Shown: one piece after another, positions 59,998 through 64,000 of the stretch
Layout of the letters: every line of letters starts with the position of its first letter
Position numbering within the stretch: position 1 is the stretch's first letter
NCBI GenBank assembly: GCA_028287745.1
Contig: JAQBPB010000014.1
Location: forward strand, 39,176 to 103,175
Direction of reading: 5' to 3'
DNA from: Chloroflexota bacterium
GTDB lineage: Bacteria > Chloroflexota > Chloroflexia > Chloroheliales > Chloroheliaceae
DNA: 64,000 nucleotides
The notes under the pieces: generated by a model
Seen by the model: the letters and a program-made list of their open reading frames with translations, nothing else
Told to the model about the DNA's origin: nothing
The model's database searches: none
Position numbers and translations under genes: made by a program

Positions 59998-62913
59998 ATG
60001 GCTGAGGACGAGAAGCAAAAATCAAAGACCAGGAAACGTGTAGTCCTTCAAGAAGAAAATACTACCCCTAAAGCTAGCACTGCAAAGCCCAGGAAGCGAA
60101 AGCCTGTCAAAAATTTGGAAGAACAGCAAACTGAAAATAAACCGTTTGAAGCTGAAAACGGGCCGGAAACCGCCGAGAGCCTGGTAGACCTGCCTGATAT
60201 GCTAAAACAATTGCTTGAGCACCAGGGCCAGGCGGTTGAAAGTTCTAAACCTGCCAGCCCGCGCCGTTCCCGCAAGACCCCCGGCCGTAAAGCGGCCCCG
60301 GTGTCGGATGCGGAAGCGCCTGAAAGCGAAATGCCCGAAATCCCTTCGATTTTGCCTATCCTCCCTTTGAAAGATACGGTTGTTTATCCTATGACCGTTT
60401 TCCCGCTGGCTGTCGGTCAGGAAAGGTCTATCCGGTTAATCGAGGAAATAATGCAAGGCGATGGGCCCCGGCTGGTTGGCCTGGTAGCTCAGAAGAATTT
60501 AGAAGTCGAACAGGCCGGGATCGGTGATACCTACACCATCGGAACCGTGGCCACCGTCCATAAACTACTTAAAGTACCGGACGGCACTATCCGGCTGGCT
60601 GTACAGGGGCTTGAAAAAATCAGGATTGTAGAATTTGTCGAAACCGAGCCTTACCTGAAAGCCCGGGTTGAAGTCGTGCAAGATGAGGACAATAAAAGCG
60701 TTGAAGTTGAAGCTCTCATGCGGAATTCAATTTCACTTTTCCAGCGGCTGGTATCCCTGGTACCGCAGATTCCCGATGAACTGCTTATAACCGCCATCAA
60801 TGTCGAGCAGCCGCGCCAGTTGGCCTACCTGATTGCCACCAGCGTCCGGATGGAACTGGAACAGCGCCAGGAAATCCTGGAAACTGCCAGTATCAAGACC
60901 AAACTGGAAATGCTGAATGCTTTCCTGACCAAAGAACTGGAAGTGCTGGAACTCGGCCGCAAGATACAAAGCCAGGTCCAGGACGAACTGGGTAAGACCC
61001 AGCGCGAGTACTTCTTGCGCGAGCAGATTAAAGCTATTCAGAAAGAACTGGGCGAGGACGACCCGCAGTCCGCCGAAATTAATCAGCTTCGCGAGCTGAT
61101 TCTAAAGTCCAAAATGCCGACCGAAGCCCGGCGCGAGGCCGAACGCGAGTTGGACCGGCTCTCTAAGCTGCCGCCCGCCGCTGCCGAATACGGTGTAATC
61201 AAAACTTACCTGGACTGGTTAACCACCTTGCCCTGGGACAAAAGCACCGAAGCGCCCCTGGACATTTTGCTGGCGAAAAAGGTCCTTGACGAAGATCACT
61301 ACGACCTGGAGAAAATTAAAGAGCGCTTGCTGGAATACCTTTCGGTCCGCAAGTTGCGCAATGACCGCCATCCTCAGCCGCCTAAAGCCGAAGCAAAGGA
61401 AGCGGCTACCACCGCTGTCGCTGACGGTTCGGCGGTCGTGGACGGCCTTGAAATCTCTTCTACTACCCTGAATGACGGGCCGCTGACTTACGAAGATGTC
61501 CATAACTTCAGCGGGCCGCGCGAACCAATCTTGTGCCTGGTCGGACCGCCAGGTGTGGGTAAAACCAGCCTCGGACAGAGTATTGCCCGGGCGCTGGGCC
61601 GCAAGTTCACCCGCATGTCGCTAGGCGGTATGCGCGATGAGGCCGAAATCCGGGGCCACCGCCGGACCTATATCGGGGCGCTGCCGGGCCGGATTATCCA
61701 GGCCATCCGCCGGGCCGAGTCGAATGACCCGGTCTTTATGCTCGACGAAGTAGATAAAATCGGCATGGACTACCGGGGCGACCCCAGTTCGGCTTTGCTG
61801 GAAGTGCTGGACCCGGAGCAAAACCAGGACTTCCGCGACCACTACCTGGATGTGCCGTTTGACCTGTCCAAGGTAATGTTTATCGCTACGGCTAACCTGC
61901 TGGACCCGATTCCGGCTCCGCTGCGCGACCGTATGGAAATTCTACAACTGGCCGGTTATACCGAGGAAGAAAAGGTCCATATCGCTTTTCAACACCTCGT
62001 GCCGAAGCAGTTGCGGGCCCATGCCCTTACGGAAGAAGATGCCGAAATTGAACACATGGCGATGCGCCGGGTTATTCGCGACTACACCCGGGAAGCAGGT
62101 GTGCGCAGCCTGGAACGGGAAATCGCGACAGTCTTCCGCAAGATTGCCCGGCGGGTGGCTGAAGGCAAGACCGGCAAAGTCGTTGTAACTCCCGACAACC
62201 TGAACGAGTACCTGGGCAAGCAGCGTTACTTCTCGGATGCCGCCGAACGCACTCAGCAGCCGGGTGTCGCTACCGGTCTGGCCTGGACCGAGGTGGGCGG
62301 CGATATTCTCTTCATAGAAGCCACCCGCATGCCTGGTAACAAGCAGTTGATTATCACCGGGCAGTTGGGCGATGTGATGAAGGAATCGGCCCAGGCGGCC
62401 CTTTCCCTGGTCCGTTCGAAAGCCAAAGACCTGGGAATAGAACCGGAATTCTATGAGAAAAGCGACCTGCACATTCATATTCCGGCCGGGGCTATTCCCA
62501 AGGATGGGCCTAGCGCCGGTATCACCCTGACCACCGCCCTGGCTTCGCTTTTGACCGGCCGCCCGGTCCACGGCGATGTAGCGATGACCGGTGAGATTAC
62601 CCTGCGCGGTAAGGTGTTGCCGATTGGCGGCCTGAAAGAGAAGATTCTGGCGGCCCACCGGGCCGGTATCAAGCGAATCATTCTGCCCAGGCTGAATGCG
62701 CGCGACCTGGACGACTTGCCAGAAGAGTTGCGGGACGAGTTGGAGTTCTTCCTGGTTGATAATATTGACGAGGTGCTGGAAGTAGCCCTGGAAAAGGCCG
62801 GACAACCCCACGTGGGAGCCGTTATCGAGCCTCCCCAGAACGCCCACCTGGTAAATAATGGTGCCAGCAAGCCAAAGGCCCCACGCAAGTCGGCTAAAAA
62901 GACCACAGAGTAA
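59998..62913 (+). CDS. lon: Lon protease (LonA)
   Basis: LON N domain, [27 protein letters not shown] (catalytic Ser) and PIGGLKEK. Start placed at ATG 59998. Confidence 0.97.
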   Translation: MAEDEKQKSKTRKRVVLQEENTTPKASTAKPRKRKPVKNLEEQQTENKPFEAENGPETAESLVDLPDMLKQLLEHQGQAVESSKPASPRRSRKTPGRKAAPVSDAEAPESEMPEIPSILPILPLKDTVVYPMTVFPLAVGQERSIRLIEEIMQGDGPRLVGLVAQKNLEVEQAGIGDTYTIGTVATVHKLLKVPDGTIRLAVQGLEKIRIVEFVETEPYLKARVEVVQDEDNKSVEVEALMRNSISLFQRLVSLVPQIPDELLITAINVEQPRQLAYLIATSVRMELEQRQEILETASIKTKLEMLNAFLTKELEVLELGRKIQSQVQDELGKTQREYFLREQIKAIQKELGEDDPQSAEINQLRELILKSKMPTEARREAERELDRLSKLPPAAAEYGVIKTYLDWLTTLPWDKSTEAPLDILLAKKVLDEDHYDLEKIKERLLEYLSVRKLRNDRHPQPPKAEAKEAATTAVADGSAVVDGLEISSTTLNDGPLTYEDVHNFSGPREPILCLVGPPGVGKTSLGQSIARALGRKFTRMSLGGMRDEAEIRGHRRTYIGALPGRIIQAIRRAESNDPVFMLDEVDKIGMDYRGDPSSALLEVLDPEQNQDFRDHYLDVPFDLSKVMFIATANLLDPIPAPLRDRMEILQLAGYTEEEKVHIAFQHLVPKQLRAHALTEEDAEIEHMAMRRVIRDYTREAGVRSLEREIATVFRKIARRVAEGKTGKVVVTPDNLNEYLGKQRYFSDAAERTQQPGVATGLAWTEVGGDILFIEATRMPGNKQLIITGQLGDVMKESAQAALSLVRSKAKDLGIEPEFYEKSDLHIHIPAGAIPKDGPSAGITLTTALASLLTGRPVHGDVAMTGEITLRGKVLPIGGLKEKILAAHRAGIKRIILPRLNARDLDDLPEELRDELEFFLVDNIDEVLEVALEKAGQPHVGAVIEPPQNAHLVNNGASKPKAPRKSAKKTTE

Positions 62914-62931
62914 GCATAAATAACTCGAATT

Positions 62932-62963
62932 AAAAGGACAGTCCGCCCGGGCTGTCCTTTTTT
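62932..62963 (+). terminator. lon terminator
   Basis: AAAAGGACAGTCC / GGGCTGTCCTTTT. Confidence 0.85.
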
Positions 62964-63244
62964 GTTGCTTTATATTTTCCTTGAATTTAAATACTTAAGG
63001 CCGGAAATTCGCCGCCGCAAGGGCAGCGATGGCACGTATCTTGTAATAGTAATAAGTACAAGCGGCAAATAAAACTTTGAGAAGAACCGGCCGCAAGGAA
63101 ATTTGTAAGCTTAGAAAATTGCCGGTTTGGCTAGTGTGACACCGGGTAGTGACTCGTTTTTATTAATTTGAACTGAACTAAATCTGGGACCAACGAGAGA
63201 AGTAAAAGTAAAAGAAAGTCTCGGGACTTTTGGAGGCAAGGAAT

Positions 63245-63838
63245 ATGGATACCTTTCGCAGTAATCAGGATAAAGAGAAAGATTTGGAAAACGGCTATGC
63301 TTACCAGTCGGCGGATTCACCTGCCTCCAACCCTACCCAATCCAAGGTAGCAAATGGTGGTTTCGGATATAGCCTCTTGAAAGCTTTGCGCTTGAGCAGC
63401 CAGGCCCAGGCCGCCAACCAGAACCCGGCGACCGACTATGAAACAGCAGGCCAGACCAACAATCTGGATAAAGGGGCTGAATTTGCCGGTTTTGTAAAAT
63501 CGGCCCGCTCCTATATCGAGCAGACTCCGGTCTACCGGGGCGAATACAAAAATCTCAGCCCGCTTTACTTTAATACCGAGCCGGTTGACAATGCCAATGA
63601 TACCAGCCTTGACCGTTCAAAACTCAGCAGTTACAGCCGGGCCCAGTTGTTTTTCTTACTTCGCCTGGAACGGTTCCTGCGACTTCGCCATCACTGGATT
63701 AGCGCCAGCCCCCGGTCCGATGAAACCTGGAAGACTGACCTCGTAATGCGCGGCATCTTTAGTGCCCTGCAGGATTGTATTACCCATGAAGTGGGTGACG
63801 ATGCCAGGCAGTTGCTTAAGAACTGGAATTGCTGCTAA
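63245..63838 (+). CDS. Hypothetical protein (disordered N-half, helical C-terminal domain)
   Basis: GGAGG SD upstream of ATG 63245; followed by a terminator. Confidence 0.7.
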   Translation: MDTFRSNQDKEKDLENGYAYQSADSPASNPTQSKVANGGFGYSLLKALRLSSQAQAANQNPATDYETAGQTNNLDKGAEFAGFVKSARSYIEQTPVYRGEYKNLSPLYFNTEPVDNANDTSLDRSKLSSYSRAQLFFLLRLERFLRLRHHWISASPRSDETWKTDLVMRGIFSALQDCITHEVGDDARQLLKNWNCC

Positions 63839-63936
63839 CTTCATTGCTACCGCTCCAGGGGTTTACAGCCCTGGGTATTAGTTGCGAAGTCTACTGAGTA
63901 TTAACAGCTTACTTCCCACTAAATCTATCGGAGAAC

Positions 63937-63979
63937 AATCCCCGGCCCTATTATTAATAGGCCGGGGATTTTTATTTTG
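63937..63979 (+). terminator. Intrinsic terminator
   Basis: AATCCCCGGCC / GGCCGGGGATT stem followed by a T tail. Confidence 0.8.
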
Positions 63980-64000
63980 TAAGCTGACCGTGGTTATGAT

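Noticed and set aside
61360-61525. Intein in Lon
   Set aside because: Too short, with no Cys/Ser start or His-Asn end.
1-64000. CRISPR array, transposase, integrase or prophage
   Set aside because: No regularly spaced direct repeats with unique spacers and no mobile-element ORFs were seen. The Cas4-like fragment and BRO-N gene stand alone among housekeeping genes.

Overview
Mostly core and housekeeping chromosome with GC-rich genes and AT-rich spacers. The gene styles (HTH-STAND-TPR regulator, GT-C membrane proteins, DUF3662-FHA pair, T-box-controlled homodimeric GlyRS) suggest a Chloroflexota-like bacterium; this is inference. Content includes ilvD (partial), a Ni/Co ECF transporter, a polar amino-acid ABC transporter, an acyl-CoA carboxylase operon, xth, uvrA, clpS, hslV, lon, glyQS with its T-box, tRNA-Arg(GCG), several secreted or envelope proteins and many intrinsic terminators. 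I see no CRISPR array, integrase, transposase or defence island. The most notable oddities are: (1) an unannotated complete mini transcription unit (promoter, SD, 18-aa ORF, terminator) upstream of a solo GvpU-like gene and a membrane-anchored Cas4-like N-terminal fragment; (2) hslV apparently starting at a non-canonical ACG; (3) a highly structured ~230-nt intergenic RNA candidate next to tRNA-Arg(GCG); (4) a ~420-bp heptamer-repeat element bounded by 12-bp inverted repeats; (5) an orphan E1-alpha/Nudix pair; (6) a PRC-barrel-fused NRAMP-like transporter. All family assignments come from motif recognition by eye; no searches were run.
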